This document shows, in pieces, positions 14,390 to 26,304 of a DNA stretch of 64,000 nucleotides. The number at the start of each line of letters is the position of its first letter. The stretch's first letter is position 1. Below the pieces are notes generated by a model that was not told the DNA's origin, did no database searches, and worked only from the letters and a program-made list of their open reading frames with translations. Source of the stretch: Zygnema circumcarinatum SAG 698-1b. Taxonomy: Eukaryota > Plantae > Zygnematophyceae. The stretch lies in contig CM074804.1 of NCBI GenBank assembly GCA_037447605.1, forward strand, positions 3,511,909-3,575,908, in the 5' to 3' direction. Made by a program: the position numbers and the translations under genes.

Positions 14390-17091
14390 ATGGCGGCTCT
14401 CGTGACAAGCAAGGCAGAAATCAACCTCATTAGGCTGCTGTCCCGTTGCGAGGAGCATGTTGCAAGCCGCCATGGCGGCGTGCAGAGAGTGAGCGATGCC
14501 AAATTGCAGAGTGTGAGCTCTCGCTAGTCCACGTGGACCTGGAGGTGACTTTCGGGAGCAGCTCTTGCTTTGGAGGAAGCTGTGCAGTTGTGCCTGTTTG
14601 CCCTAATATATCCTCGCTTTTTTGTGGCTGCACCTCTCGGCTCGCGACCGGCATGAAGAAGCTCAGTACTTGGCGTACTCAGAAGAGCTTCTTTCTTCAC
14701 TATTGGGAGAAGGGCTGCAGACCTGCCCTGCAAGGTGCATACCTTTTCCAGAGTGCGAGGCCATGGCAGATGTGACAAGGCTATGGAATTCACAAACAGC
14801 GCTGGAGAGTGAGGCCTGAGGGAGTCACTCGCTTGTAAGAAACTAAACAGCAACAATTTTAGAACATGGATGGAAGAAAGATTGTAACACGATGTTGTAA
14901 CGTGGAGATGATTTGAACAGCATAAGCCCAGAGAAGGGCGTACAGTACAAGGAACGTATCAGCAAACTTGTTGCAGAGTTAGGCCCTACTCCAGCGGTAT
15001 GTTACATTTCCATAGTCACCTCAGGGTCTGCGGGTTTTGCAGGTCGGTGTATGTTTTCAGGGCTTTATCAGGGTTTTGGCTTAGATTGGAGTTGTTTTGC
15101 TAGATTTTTTTCCCTATGCAGCATATTAGTTTGCACGGCATATTATCCACTTTGGTCTTCTAGTGGTCTTTAGATGGATTTATGTGGATGGAGGAGCTGG
15201 CGCCTTGCACTTCCATCGTCTTTGGTCCATGCACAAGACTTGTGCAACAGTCCCATGGCATTCCCTTGACGGCTCCGTAATTTCATTGGTAAATGTCTGG
15301 ATAGCAATGTACATGGGCAACCGCTGGAAGGCAACAGAAGCCTTCGTTCATAGATTTTATCCTTCCATGATTTACATACAGGAAGATTTTTTTAAAGGGA
15401 GTTTGAACTACAATTGTGAGTTTAACATAGACTAACAAAAGTTTGATTCTGACTCTCATGTGGGACAAGGCTTGCATTTAAAATGGGAGCTCTTGCTGGC
15501 TGATTACTTTTAAGTCTTCAAAGTAGTAACTAGCGGCATAAGTTGTATGCAATATCTTTTTTTTTTTTGGAAACCTCCGTGTACAGAGAGATGACCAGTC
15601 ACTAACAAGCGGAACTTTTGCGTCCAGCCACCAGACGTATGGCAGCCTGTATTGCAGGAGGAACAGGAAGTAGCAGAGCTTTCCATAAACAAACCGGATG
15701 AAAGCGCCGATGTGGCAGAGCCTTCATTGGCCGCTATGTTGCGGCGACGTGCGGGGTGAGGGTCGGTGCTATGTCGCTCTCATGGCCTCCGTCCTTTTCT
15801 TTTTATGCAGACCCTGATTTTTTTCTTTCAGACATTTTCTTCATTCATTAATTCATCGACCTTCTATGGGGTACTATCCGTTTTTTTCATGCTGTCAGAA
15901 TAAATTATGAAAGTTATCAATGTTAATCTCTAAGTTCAAACAGAGGTAAGGAGTTGGTAAGCTTTAAGGGTTATAGCGAATAATTGGCTGGTTACAAATT
16001 AACATATTTCAAGCTCCTAGCTAACGTTCGAGGGTCAATCCTGCCTCTAGACAGTCCTGCAGGATGCTGGTATGGCGAGTTTGTTTGAAGAGCATTTCAG
16101 GCTGGGCCCTTGTGGGCATGCTATTGAAGATAAACTTTGCCTTATCCTACTTTCACTATGGAAGGGTTGACGTTCACATGTTGTGCAAGACTGGTCTGTT
16201 TGCTTTACTCAACTGTTTTCACGCCATTTGTTCATGCTGCTCTACAATTCACCTCCCCCGTTAATTCTTCCTGACATCGTCTTGTCATTTGTCCATGGCT
16301 GCAGGTTGCAAAATAGAAACTCGAGTCAAAATTCTTCCGACGCTGAGAGTACAAGGCTTGACGACAGTTCCCATCTCTTAGTGCAAAAGAATCGGTAGGC
16401 ATAGGAAGCACTCGAGGAGGCAGTGTTCAGCTATATCAGTTTTTGGGCAGGCTTGGCGAACACATTGCGGGATCTTTCAAACTTTTGGCGCTCCCTTTTT
16501 CTCAGTTTCATTGGAGGGAATGTGGGCTTGTAAACAGCTTGTTGCAGGAAGACCTGACCGATCAGATGCTGGAGTTCGCTGGACGCATCAAGGCGAACAG
16601 CTATCTCATGGATACGTCTATGCAGGAGAGTCGCAAGGTGCTCTCTCACTCAATCTCTCTCTCACTCTCTCCCTCTCTCTCGCTCCCGTCTCTCTCCTCT
16701 TTCCCTCTCTCCCTCTCTTCCCTCTCTCTCCCTCTCTTGCCCCTCTTTCCTCCCTCCCTCCCGGACCTCCTCCTTTGTTTTCTCTGTACTGCCTGTGACG
16801 ACCAGCGGGTCGTCTTCTCTGTTTGTCCTTGTAAGGTTCTCTTGTCCGTGCGACGCTCGTATCGTGAATGGCAGATTGAGCTGTGCGCGTGTGCTGCCTT
16901 GTCGCGGCTTGCAGATATTGGATAATGCCGAACTGGCATTGGACCGGAACATAGCAAATACCCGCGGTGCAAATTTGAGGGCCAAATCTGTTGCTCGGAA
17001 ATCGCTCTTCACAGGATGTATCACCTGGCTTGTGATACTCGGGCTGCTGTGGATCTTTCTGGGGATGGTCCTCTTGATCCGGATCACCTGA
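14390..17091 (+). CDS. USE1: ER Qc-SNARE USE1/SLT1, multi-exon
   Basis: Exon peptides MAALVTSKAEINLIRLLSRC, ISPEKGVQYKERISKLVAEL, ..AMLRRRAG, RLLQEDLTDQMLEFAGRIKANSYLMDTSMQESRK and ILDNAELALDRNIANT..TGCITWLVILGLLWIFLGMVLLIRIT*. This is a SNARE helix plus C-terminal TM anchor, matching plant USE1 (EINL.RLL, QEDLTD, LIR.T end). Confidence 0.9.
16645..16770. repeat. CT-rich microsatellite in a USE1 intron
   Basis: Directly visible polypyrimidine CT/CCT tract. Confidence 0.85.
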
Positions 17092-18469
17092 CCGTATGCT
17101 GAACTTGTACAGGGCTCTGTTGTGTAGGAGAAAGGCGCCTACTGCTTCAGGATAACAGTCTATTTCAGGGCTTCCGAAAGCCCCTGCGTGTTTTTCCTAG
17201 TACCAATCTTGCCAAGCAATAATTTCTGACTGGATTGGGTGCTGGTGCAAGCTGCATTTTTCCTCGTGAATTACAACCAGCCGTGCCCTTGTGCTACCAG
17301 ACCATTCATCTGTCGACTTACTCTACTTCAGTGTTCCGCGTGGTTCTCAGAAGCAGCCGTGGTCGACGCTGATGGTCCCTTCCTGTCCCAATTGCGACAC
17401 GTAGCTGTTGAAGGCGGGAGTGTTGTTGCCTGCTTTGGACCTTGCCGTTATGTTTACTTTGCAGGCGCATCTAATCTGCCGCTGTGTGGGGGCGTCCCAC
17501 AGTGCAGCATGGCCACTGCATGGTGCGCTGGTATGGCGGCCGCCCATTCTCTGTGTCCGCATGTGGGCGTGCACAACACGCACGTGTCAGCACTAGTCTA
17601 TGGGTCAGACCATCTTAACAAAAGCACACCGTGCTTGCAACTTTTTCCCGGAGATTAAGCGCGTGCATCTTGTTGCCGTAGGGTGCGCTTCCATGGTCCA
17701 ACTTCCTTCATTTAGTTGAATGAAAAAGTTGGAAACCGCGGCGGAGAGTTTTTGAAACCTCGAAACATAGTTTTTTCATTCAACTTCATTCAATCGCTGA
17801 ATACAAACCGTCCGCAAGAGACAGCCCTCGGATGGATGGCCGGAGGGCCCAGCGACGGGCAGCTAGCACCAATGAGGTGCCACGTGGCGTCGACCTGGCA
17901 CTTTGTACAGTATTCCATGAACGCCGGAGTGCTGGAGGCTGCCCGAAAAACGTTTTTTGTCTGCCCGGATCGCGGCAAGATGTGGACCTGCCTGCGGTTG
18001 GCGAGACATTTTTTTTTTCAGCTCTGCCCGAATCCTAGTTTTGGGGCGTTCGCGAAAGCGTGGACAGCGTGGGAGGGAGGAGCGGTTTGCCACGTGTCGG
18101 ATTTTGGTTGGTGGTTTGGATCTCGTTGGTGTACTCCGATTTTTTATTCGGGTACAAAGGCGAGACCTGAATTATTTCAACGCGCCCCGTCGCCATTCGC
18201 CAACGAGTTCAACCGTCCGCGCGTGCGAAATTTAAATCAACGAGGTTGACCCACATCGGCATCATCCGTTCAAGGAACTGGACCAAGTCAGACCATGAAA
18301 ACGCACCCCTCAGCTTTTTTTCAAATGCAGTGGTCACCGCCGGCCGGTAGGCGATCAATTGGCTACTTCACATCAAGTTAATCGAAGAATCTCAAAGACG
18401 TTTTCAACGACCGCACTGACTGCACCCCATGACATTCCTTCACGTCAGTGAGGATCGTAAGGTAACATT

Positions 18470-18644
18470 GGGCCTCCCATGGGCCTCCCATGGCCCTCCC
18501 ATGGCCCTCCCATGGCCCTCCCATGGCCCTCCCATGGCCCTCCCATGACCCTCCCATGGCCCTCCCATGGCCCTCCCATGGCCCTCCCATGGCCCTCCCA
18601 TGGCCCTCCCATGGCCCTCCCATGGCCCTCCCATGGCCCTCCCA
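18470..18644. repeat. Minisatellite, ~16 copies of the 11-mer GGCCCTCCCAT
   Basis: Head-to-tail units with no spacers; two GGGCC variants and one GACCC variant. Confidence 0.97.
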
Positions 18645-19019
18645 CCCATGGCAACTGCCGCAAACATATGAGCGATGAAATGCTGACAAGCGTCCATGCA
18701 CAACCAGCCCCTGCAAGCACATGGACCCGACGACGTGACACAGTCCTTAAAAAAGTTGCCACCAGTGGGGTCTCATTAATCCCTTATTGGTTCGTTATCA
18801 TCACACAAGGCTGGCTTTATTTCGACAGCCTCAACTACTACGTCTCTCACTACTTTTGTATCCATCGCAACATTGCGAAGACAGCAAAATGTTCTACGCT
18901 TTAATGAACTACAAAAATTAGTGCCACATAAGTTGTTACAATACGCAGTATTCTACATGTACAGTTTGTTTGTTCGGCCTCCTCTCTCTCTACACTGCCG
19001 CCGCCTCCTCCCCTCACCC

Positions 19020-21311
19020 TCACATCTCATGGAACACCATGGAGCGTGCCCTCGCTGCAGGGTTTATATGATGATGGTCGACACACTGAGAGCCCTCCTT
19101 TGCAGCTGTCCTCAGAAGAGCTTCCGAAGGGCTGGACCCTCCCAACCCCACTCTGGTCCACACAGAGCTCCTCCCACGATCCTCTCCAGGGTCCTCGATC
19201 CGCATAGTCTTCACCACTCCCTGAGGGAGGGCATGCTCCTGTGCCTCTCCCTCTCCCTCTCCCTCCTCCCTCCCTCTCTTCCCCGGTGTCGTCGGGCCAA
19301 ACGCCTGCGCATGTGCTGCTCCATGCCATGGATTCAGCCAAGGAGCTGCAGCACCCCATGGAGAGCCTGCGAGAGGGGACCAAGCTGGGGCAGGCCAGGT
19401 CCCTGGACTCCCCCAGGGTGAACCTGCGGTAGGAGGCGCAGTGGCAGAGGGAGGCGCCTGTGCCCCCCATCCCATAACATAGCCGTATGGCCACATCCCA
19501 TTTCCAAAGTAGCCAAAAGATGCGGTTCCAGGCCACCCCCCTTCCCTCCCTACACCGCTGTGGAAGGGCATTCCTGCCCAGGGGGGCATAGGGGCATCTG
19601 AGAGAGCAACTGAGCTTCCAATGATTGGAGCTGGAGGAGTGAGCCCCTCCCTCCCTACAACTGTGTCTTCCCTCAGCAGTGCACTCATGGACCCTCCCTC
19701 TCCCTCCGCCCTTCCTCCCCCCACAGTGGAAGGCAACCTCCTCAGCCCTCCCCCTCCCGCTCCCCCACTGTTAGCAGTACTCCTCAGCCTGAGATCTACA
19801 TCTACCGCCTCGCCACACCCCTCCTGCTGCGCCTTCAACTGCTGCCCGGCCCCACAAGGAGACATTGGACCTTCATTACTCAGCCCCTCCCTCCGTAATG
19901 TGGTAAGCCCCGATAAAGCGCTGTCGGAGTATGCAATGCTGTCCAAGGCCCCCACCATACCCACTGAACCCCCTGGCGTAATTCTAGAAGAGAAATGATT
20001 ACCCCCTCTCCCTCCCTCCCTTGGCAGCGCCGCCCCCATTCCAAGCACCCCTGGTGAAGGAGACCTCAGCTGCGCCACCTCCACTTTCTCTCTCCCTACA
20101 GCGCTAATGCCCTGCGAGTTTTTGTTTTTTCGGCGCCCTGACCCCACCGGAACATTCCTGAGCGTACCCCCTGCAGTCCAGTACCGCTGACATTTCTTGC
20201 AGAAGTGGCGCGGCTGGTTCACATTGTAGTTGTTGTAATAACAAAATTTTGTGTCCAGGCTATCACAGCGCGGGCAGGGTACGATCTTGTCCGGCTTTTT
20301 TAGGCCGCCCGGTGGCTGCTGGCTACCCTGTCTCCCTTTCTGCTGTGCCCTCTCCTGCCCTTCACTGTGCACCCTCCCTCCCTCACGCGCCCTCTCCATC
20401 TCCCTCTCCCTCTCGTCTTCCTCCCATGCAGCATCTACTACCGCCTGCTGCACATTGGAGTCTCTGCGAGCAAGAGGCTCTGAGTCCTCCTCAGTACCTT
20501 CGGAACTTCCCTGGCACCCTCCCTCCATCGCTCGCTCCTCCGCTCCCACACTCCGCAGCCGGTTCTCAGGTGTTGGAGCGCCCTCGTTGTCTCCTCCTCC
20601 CTCCCCCTCTCCCTCCCCCTCTCTCTCACCCTTCCCCCCGTCGTCGCTCCCACTCCCGCTGTTGCTGCCCGAGGAGCTCCCTAGCTCGTCCGCCCCGCCG
20701 TCATCGTCAATGGGGAGAGCCGCCGCGACTATGGCATCCTGTACAGCGCAGTACGAGCATCCCATTGCCCCCGTTAAGCGAGCTTCTCCCATGGCAGTCA
20801 TGGTGGTCATCTCCTTCACACTCAGTGGAGCAGCATTCAGAAAGAGCGCCGCCGTGAATGGAGCAGGCGTCTTCAGCACCCTGCTCACGAAGGTGGGTCT
20901 GCAGGGGGCATTGGGACGTACCAAACCGCAGGACAGCGCTCTGGCGGGAGCCCTTCGCTTCTCTTCGCTCTGTGGGGGGGTGTTCTCGCCCCTCATCTCT
21001 TCATCATCGTCGTCGCTCTCTCCCTCCCTCTGCTTCCGCCCGCCTCCTCCGTCCTTGCTCATCTTCACCTCCCTCTCCTCCCGGTCCACCCCACCCTCAC
21101 CCCATCCCTTCCCCTCGCTCACAGCGCTCATCGCCACCGTACCCTCCTTCCCATAACCTTCCTTGTCTCCTTCCTCCGTCGAGGGAAGCGCAATGACGTG
21201 ACCGAAAAGCTTGATGCCGGGGTCAGAGGGGTCGTCCTTCTCCCTCTCCCACTCCCTCACTCTCTCCCTCTCCCTCATCTCCTTCTCCCTCTCCCTCTCC
21301 GGCGAGTCCAT
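19020..21311 (-). CDS. CDF: Cycling DOF factor (CDF)-type Dof zinc-finger transcription factor
   Basis: 763-aa ORF with N-terminal DPGIKLFG, Dof domain [52 protein letters not shown], and C-terminal [14 protein letters not shown] and [13 protein letters not shown] motifs typical of CDFs. Possible internal intron at 20921-20739. Confidence 0.93.
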   Translation of the reverse strand: MDSPEREREKEMRERERVREWEREKDDPSDPGIKLFGHVIALPSTEEGDKEGYGKEGTVAMSAVSEGKGWGEGGVDREEREVKMSKDGGGGRKQREGESDDDDEEMRGENTPPQSEEKRRAPARALSCGLVRPNAPCRPTFVSRVLKTPAPFTAALFLNAAPLSVKEMTTMTAMGEARLTGAMGCSYCAVQDAIVAAALPIDDDGGADELGSSSGSNSGSGSDDGGKGEREGEGEGEGGGDNEGAPTPENRLRSVGAEERAMEGGCQGSSEGTEEDSEPLARRDSNVQQAVVDAAWEEDEREREMERAREGGRVHSEGQERAQQKGRQGSQQPPGGLKKPDKIVPCPRCDSLDTKFCYYNNYNVNQPRHFCKKCQRYWTAGGTLRNVPVGSGRRKNKNSQGISAVGREKVEVAQLRSPSPGVLGMGAALPREGGRGGNHFSSRITPGGSVGMVGALDSIAYSDSALSGLTTLRREGLSNEGPMSPCGAGQQLKAQQEGCGEAVDVDLRLRSTANSGGAGGGGLRRLPSTVGGGRAEGEGGSMSALLREDTVVGREGLTPPAPIIGSSVALSDAPMPPWAGMPFHSGVGREGGWPGTASFGYFGNGMWPYGYVMGWGAQAPPSATAPPTAGSPWGSPGTWPAPAWSPLAGSPWGAAAPWLNPWHGAAHAQAFGPTTPGKRGREEGEGEGEAQEHALPQGVVKTMRIEDPGEDRGRSSVWTRVGLGGSSPSEALLRTAAKEGSQCVDHHHINPAARARSMVFHEM

Positions 21312-22469
21312 GGATAGTGCGGGCGGGCGGGCGGGCGGCGAGCGGCGAGGTCGACTGGCAGACAGGTGTGTGCGTGAGTAAAAGTGCTATCTGCAGCGGC
21401 CGGCCCTCCCTCACTGCGCGGAGGGCGCGGGCTCTTCGAAATCTGCCCTTTTTTTCCCCCCTCCGGCGTGGCTGCCCTTTTCCTGCGGGCAGGCCGCGCG
21501 TGCCTTCGCTTTTTCCCCACCCGGGGCCACGTCGCGCAAAAGCGTCCCCGCGCGCCTGCCCGCAGGTGCGCAGTGGCGAAATCTTTTGCGCGCGCGCCAT
21601 TGGCCGGCGCGATGAAATCTGGCCGTGTGGCGCCGCGCGCGCCACGTGGCGTAGACCTTGTGGCTCCCCGCGGGCCCCCCCGCTCGCCCCCCGCAGCGCC
21701 GCAAAGGAAAATCTCCGCGAAACAGGGCGCGCCCCTCACAGGGATCCCGCGCGCCCCCCCGCCCGGCAATCCGCCACGTGGCTCCAGGCCGTCGCCAGCC
21801 CCGCCATCTGACGGCGGACCTCCGCCCACCCCCCCGCGGGCCCCCCGGCGGCCGTCCGATGCGGGCCTGGCGTGGCAGGGACTCCCTTTAAGTGCACGTC
21901 GGCTGGATTTGGCGCCAAATGCAAGTCAAGGCCAGCCCCCCCCGATGACGCCCGGAAGGGCCCTCTCTCCCGCCCTCCCTGGATCTGCCGCCACGTCAGC
22001 GCCAGGCCCATATCCGCCTCCTGCGGCCCCCGGCGCTCGGCCTCCCCCGCGCGGCGCTTTTGTACGGACGGCCCCGCGCCGCGATTGGCCGCCGGGATCC
22101 GCCGGGATCCGCCGGGCTTGCGCCGTTGCGCGGCGCTGGGCGGGTACGGACTACGGACCCGCCGGCGGGCGGGCGGGCGGGCGGGCGGGCGGGCGGGCGG
22201 GAGGCGCATGGAACGGGGGAGGGAGGCCGGCCGGGCGGGTGAACCGATTGTCGGAACTGCGCGCTTGTCGGTCGCGCATGGAGCCGGGGAGGGGAACTGG
22301 CTCGGACCGTAGAATCCTGCACTTATCAGATCGCGTAAGAGGGTCCACCCACGGATCAAGTTATCTTCAGTGAAATAGCGACACGTGTCTCAATATCTTA
22401 TCCGTCAGTGGATCCGGATTCCAGCTCACTTCAGGGCGATTGTCCCACCGTACCGCCTCCGCCTGCTCC
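21312..22469. promoter_or_regulatory. GC-rich bidirectional promoter between CDF and DVR
   Basis: GCCACGTGGC G-boxes at ~21641 and ~21773, GCCACGTC at ~21526 and ~21990, several AAATCT motifs, and (GGGC)n at 22167-22201. Confidence 0.7.
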
Positions 22470-25400
22470 ATGGCAGCCATGGCGGCCTCCGCCTCCCGTG
22501 CCGTTGTAGCTGCTTCATGGCCAAGCCTGGACGCTACCGGGCTGCAGGCGTCCCGCAGCCGCCATTGTGGGAACTTCGTGAAAGGGCGTGTGGAGAAGTT
22601 TCAGCTTTCTCTCGCGCCTCTCTCTCTCAATGGGAAGGGAAAGCTGCGGCCCAGACAACAGCGCTGCAGGGCTTCGGTGGCAGCTGAAGCAGCCTCAGCT
22701 TCTTTCCAATACAAAGACAGGAAGGCGGAGGATGTGACTGTCATGGTGGTCGGAGCAACAGGCTACATTGGAAAGTTTGTGACAAAGGAGCTCATTCGGA
22801 GGGGCTATCACGTTGTCGCCGGTGAGGCGATTTTCTTACTCGATTCTTCTCCTGTTCCTTCTTATAATCAAACTTTTCGTACTCTCGACTCATTCTCTCC
22901 TATGTTTGTGCCTGACTAAAGCTCTGCACCCCTGTTGCAGTCATTGGACTGGCTATTTGATATCGTAGAACAAACTATCAAACCACCACAAAATATCAGC
23001 TGGAACAAACATCAGCAGTATTATACCTCAAGCAGCAAGGTCGTCGACCACTTTGCGGCTGTTTTTCCTAGAATTGCTACACCCCTATGCTTCGTGCATC
23101 CCTTGGTCATCTTCCTGCAATGCGTACCTCATTTCGACGACTATGGGCAATTAGACTCGTGCTACCTAATTTAACCCCGTTAAGGAGCAAGACTACAAGC
23201 CATGCTAGAGCGCACTTTGCTTATCATTGAAACAGAAAAGCAAACTTTCTGACGGACTTATGCTTTTTTGTGTTTCTTCCTTCTGTGGTTAGAATTCGAG
23301 CATGGTAGTCCTTGCTGCACTGGTCTCATTATGTTCATTGTGTGAGAAGAGGTCCAGGTAAATGGGCGAAACGTTTGAAATCTGCGTAGTGATTATGTAA
23401 AATGGTTTCATTTGTTGAATAAAGTCCAACTTGAATACACTACAGACTTTCTCATTCAGGAATTTAAGTTGTCTGCATTATATTTGTTGCTAACTTCTTC
23501 TGCTAGGATAAAAATAATAGTGAGGATGAAATAAACTGAGGGAATGTGCAAAATTTGCCGGTATGGCTCCGATTGCTTCAGCTTCCGGAAAGTTATATGG
23601 GCGAGTGCGTTCAAGCACGCTATACGTTCTTGCAAGCTCTCAGGTCTGGGAGAAACTGTGCTTGACTATTTTTGGCAAACTCACACAGGTCCAAAATGTT
23701 ACAAAGAGAAGAGGTTTCAAGTTCGAATCGTTTAGGTTACCTAATGAATCTTGAACACTGCATCAAACATACCTTCATAGTAACAAAAGCGCTCGCAAAA
23801 ATTGTTTCAAACCTTGTATTTACGACCTTCCATCGGTAATACGGCAAAACCATGAATCTCATTCAAGGTTTGGTAGCTTCCTGGCGTCAGTTGCAAGGGA
23901 AAAAAGTGGTGTTGGCGGCAAAGCGGATATGGAGGAGACCAAAAAAACGTTTCAAGGTGGAGATGTGCGGTTTGCCGATGTCACAAGTACTGATTCGTTG
24001 CGAGCTGTCCTTGGAGATACTAAAGTTGACGTGGTTGTCTCCTGCCTTGCAAGTCGCACTGGCGGCAAAAAGGTGTGTTTCTTCGAAGCTCGTGCAAGCG
24101 ACCCGCTTATGGCACTTCCGTTAGTCCCACGCTCAGTATAGGAGCTGAATGGTTGTTACATTCTAGATACGGCTCGTTTGACAGCGAGTGACCATTTGGC
24201 ATCAATAGACTGTGCACGAACGTATTGTAACTGATTTAGGTTTTGAAATTCGAGATCGCTCAAATATAAGTTTTTCAATTACAATAGTCACTATTATAAA
24301 AGCCATGATTGCTTGCAAATTATGATGTTCGTTTCCTTACTTGAAGCAAAGAACGAAGGACTCAGTTATAATTACTCTCTTGTCAGTGCGACTGCTGTCA
24401 GTTAAAGGAGGGGTGTTGGTGGGGGCTTTATCAGGACTCGTGGAAGATAGATTATGAAGCGACAAAGAACAGCCTTGAGGCTGGAAAATCCGTTGGAGCT
24501 TCTCACTTTGTGCTCTTGTCAGGTATTTAGTGACTCCACATCCTCTAGTCATGTAGTGACTGCAGATGTGTTTAAAATTGTGCTCCGTCATTTCAGGCCT
24601 TTTATAGTACACTTATTGTCTCCCCCCCCCCGCCTGCTGAAAGGCAGAGCTATGCTTGATGCTAGGAAGTACCTTCGTCAATTTTCTTTGTTTTGTGTGT
24701 AGTTAGTCCATTTTCTTACATGTATCTTGCCTGCTAAACCTTCCCCGAACCGCGCAACCATAGTACTTGATTTGGAAGATTGAAGCAAGGCAAGTTGCCA
24801 AGGTAGCAGTTTGTATCTTTGACGAATGTATTATGTGGAGGGTTCAACAGGGTGCGTTCACCTATTTTATTTTCTGCAGGGGAAGGTGATGAATTTGAGT
24901 AACTTAGAGTGCGCATTTTTCCAAGTAGGCGCTGTATTAAAGTGAACTGGTTTTGAAAATGTGAGCTCGCCTGCGTGTCCCATTTGTTGCAGCAATTTGC
25001 GTGCAAAAGCCATTACTGGAGTTTCAAAGAGCAAAGCTCAAGTTTGAGGCAGAGCTGCAGCAGGACTCAGCCGTCACGCACAGCATTGTGCGGCCGACAG
25101 CGTTCTTCAAATCGCTCGGAGGACAGGTCAGACCTAAGCTTCGGCGCTGTCCTGGTTGGACGAGTTGCTGATTAGCGTAGTAACGTCAGTTCCATACAGA
25201 GTCTGAATCGATAGTGAATGGATCTTCATCAGAACGTTGCAGAAATCTGCAGTGGTCGATTTGGCCCTCGGGGTGTTGGGGCTAGGAGAAAGTACCTCCT
25301 TCCTCCACGAGGATGCAAATGATCAGACAAAGATGGTCAAATTGATGTAACAGTGTTGATTCCCTTTTTTTTTTTTAAGGTCGAAACTGTCTCGTCTGTG

Positions 25401-26304
25401 TCCTATTGGTTTTGGTATCCTCTCCGACTATTCACCAGTCGAAAGACTAGCTGCCCTGTCTCTGTGCAGTAGCATCTTGGCTTGTTTAATTCCTCACAAA
25501 TCTTCATCAGCTAACTTCATGCAACTATGCTGACGCGATTGTTGATCATTTCTGGGGAATGGGCAGGTCGAGAGTGTAAAGAATGGTGGGCCCTATGTCA
25601 TGTTTGGTGATGGGCAGCTCTGTGCCTGCAAACCTATAAGTGAACCTGATCTGGCAGCATTTATTGCCAACTGCCTCACAGGTCGGAATGCTTCACCTTC
25701 CTCGGCTTCAGCTGTCTCTGTTGTTTCCGTGCGCAGGTGCCTTAGCCGTCTGTTCAATCTATCATATATCTATCACAGCTATTTGTTTATTGGCTGCAGT
25801 CCCGTACGTTCGATCTAAGAGTCAGCTCCCGTCTATTTTCAGTTTCTCGTTCTTCTTTGCAATGTTTGACCGTTTGACCGTTGAGAGGTGTATTGATGCT
25901 TGCACGGGACTGTCTTCGTTGCAGATGAAGACAAGATCAATAAAGTTCTACCAATCGGAGGTCCCTCGAAGGCTCTTACCCCCCTGGAACAGGGTCAGAT
26001 GTTGTTTCAAATAGTGGGAAAGGAGCCAAAATTCATCAAGGTGCCTATTCAGATCATGGACTTCGTGATTGGCATTCTGGACTTCCTGGCGAAGGCTTTC
26101 CCCTCCCTAGAAGATGCGGCGGAGTTTGGAAAGATTGGGCGGTACTATGCTGCAGAGAGCATGCTTGTGTACGACCCAAAGACCGGAAAGTACGATGCGG
26201 AAGCCACACCCAGTTTTGGCGAGGAAACATTGGAGGAGTTTTTTGAACGGGTTGTGAGGGAGGGGATGGCCGGGCAGGAGTTGGGAGATCAAGCAGTCTT
26301 TTAA
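22470..26304 (+). CDS. DVR: Divinyl chlorophyllide a 8-vinyl-reductase (chloroplast), 6 exons
   Basis: Exons 22470-22821, 23891-24072, 24435-24522, 24993-25126, 25567-25681 and 25925-26304. They encode a transit peptide, [76 protein letters not shown] and [10 protein letters not shown]. Confidence 0.96.

Noticed and set aside
18247-18258. GACCCACATCG resembling the plant snRNA upstream sequence element
   Set aside because: One mismatch, no TATA box at the required distance, and no recognisable snRNA downstream.
18470-18644. CRISPR-like array
   Set aside because: The units are contiguous with no unique spacers, there are no cas genes, and the context is eukaryotic.
18378-18904. ORFs with MGGPWEGHGRA / MALPWPSHGPP repeats
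   Set aside because: They are translations of the 11-bp minisatellite in all frames, not a protein.
21223-22373. Many long ORFs (up to 329 aa) in the CDF/DVR intergenic region
   Set aside because: Very high GC suppresses stops. The products are R/P/A/G-rich with no domain, and the region is better explained as promoter.
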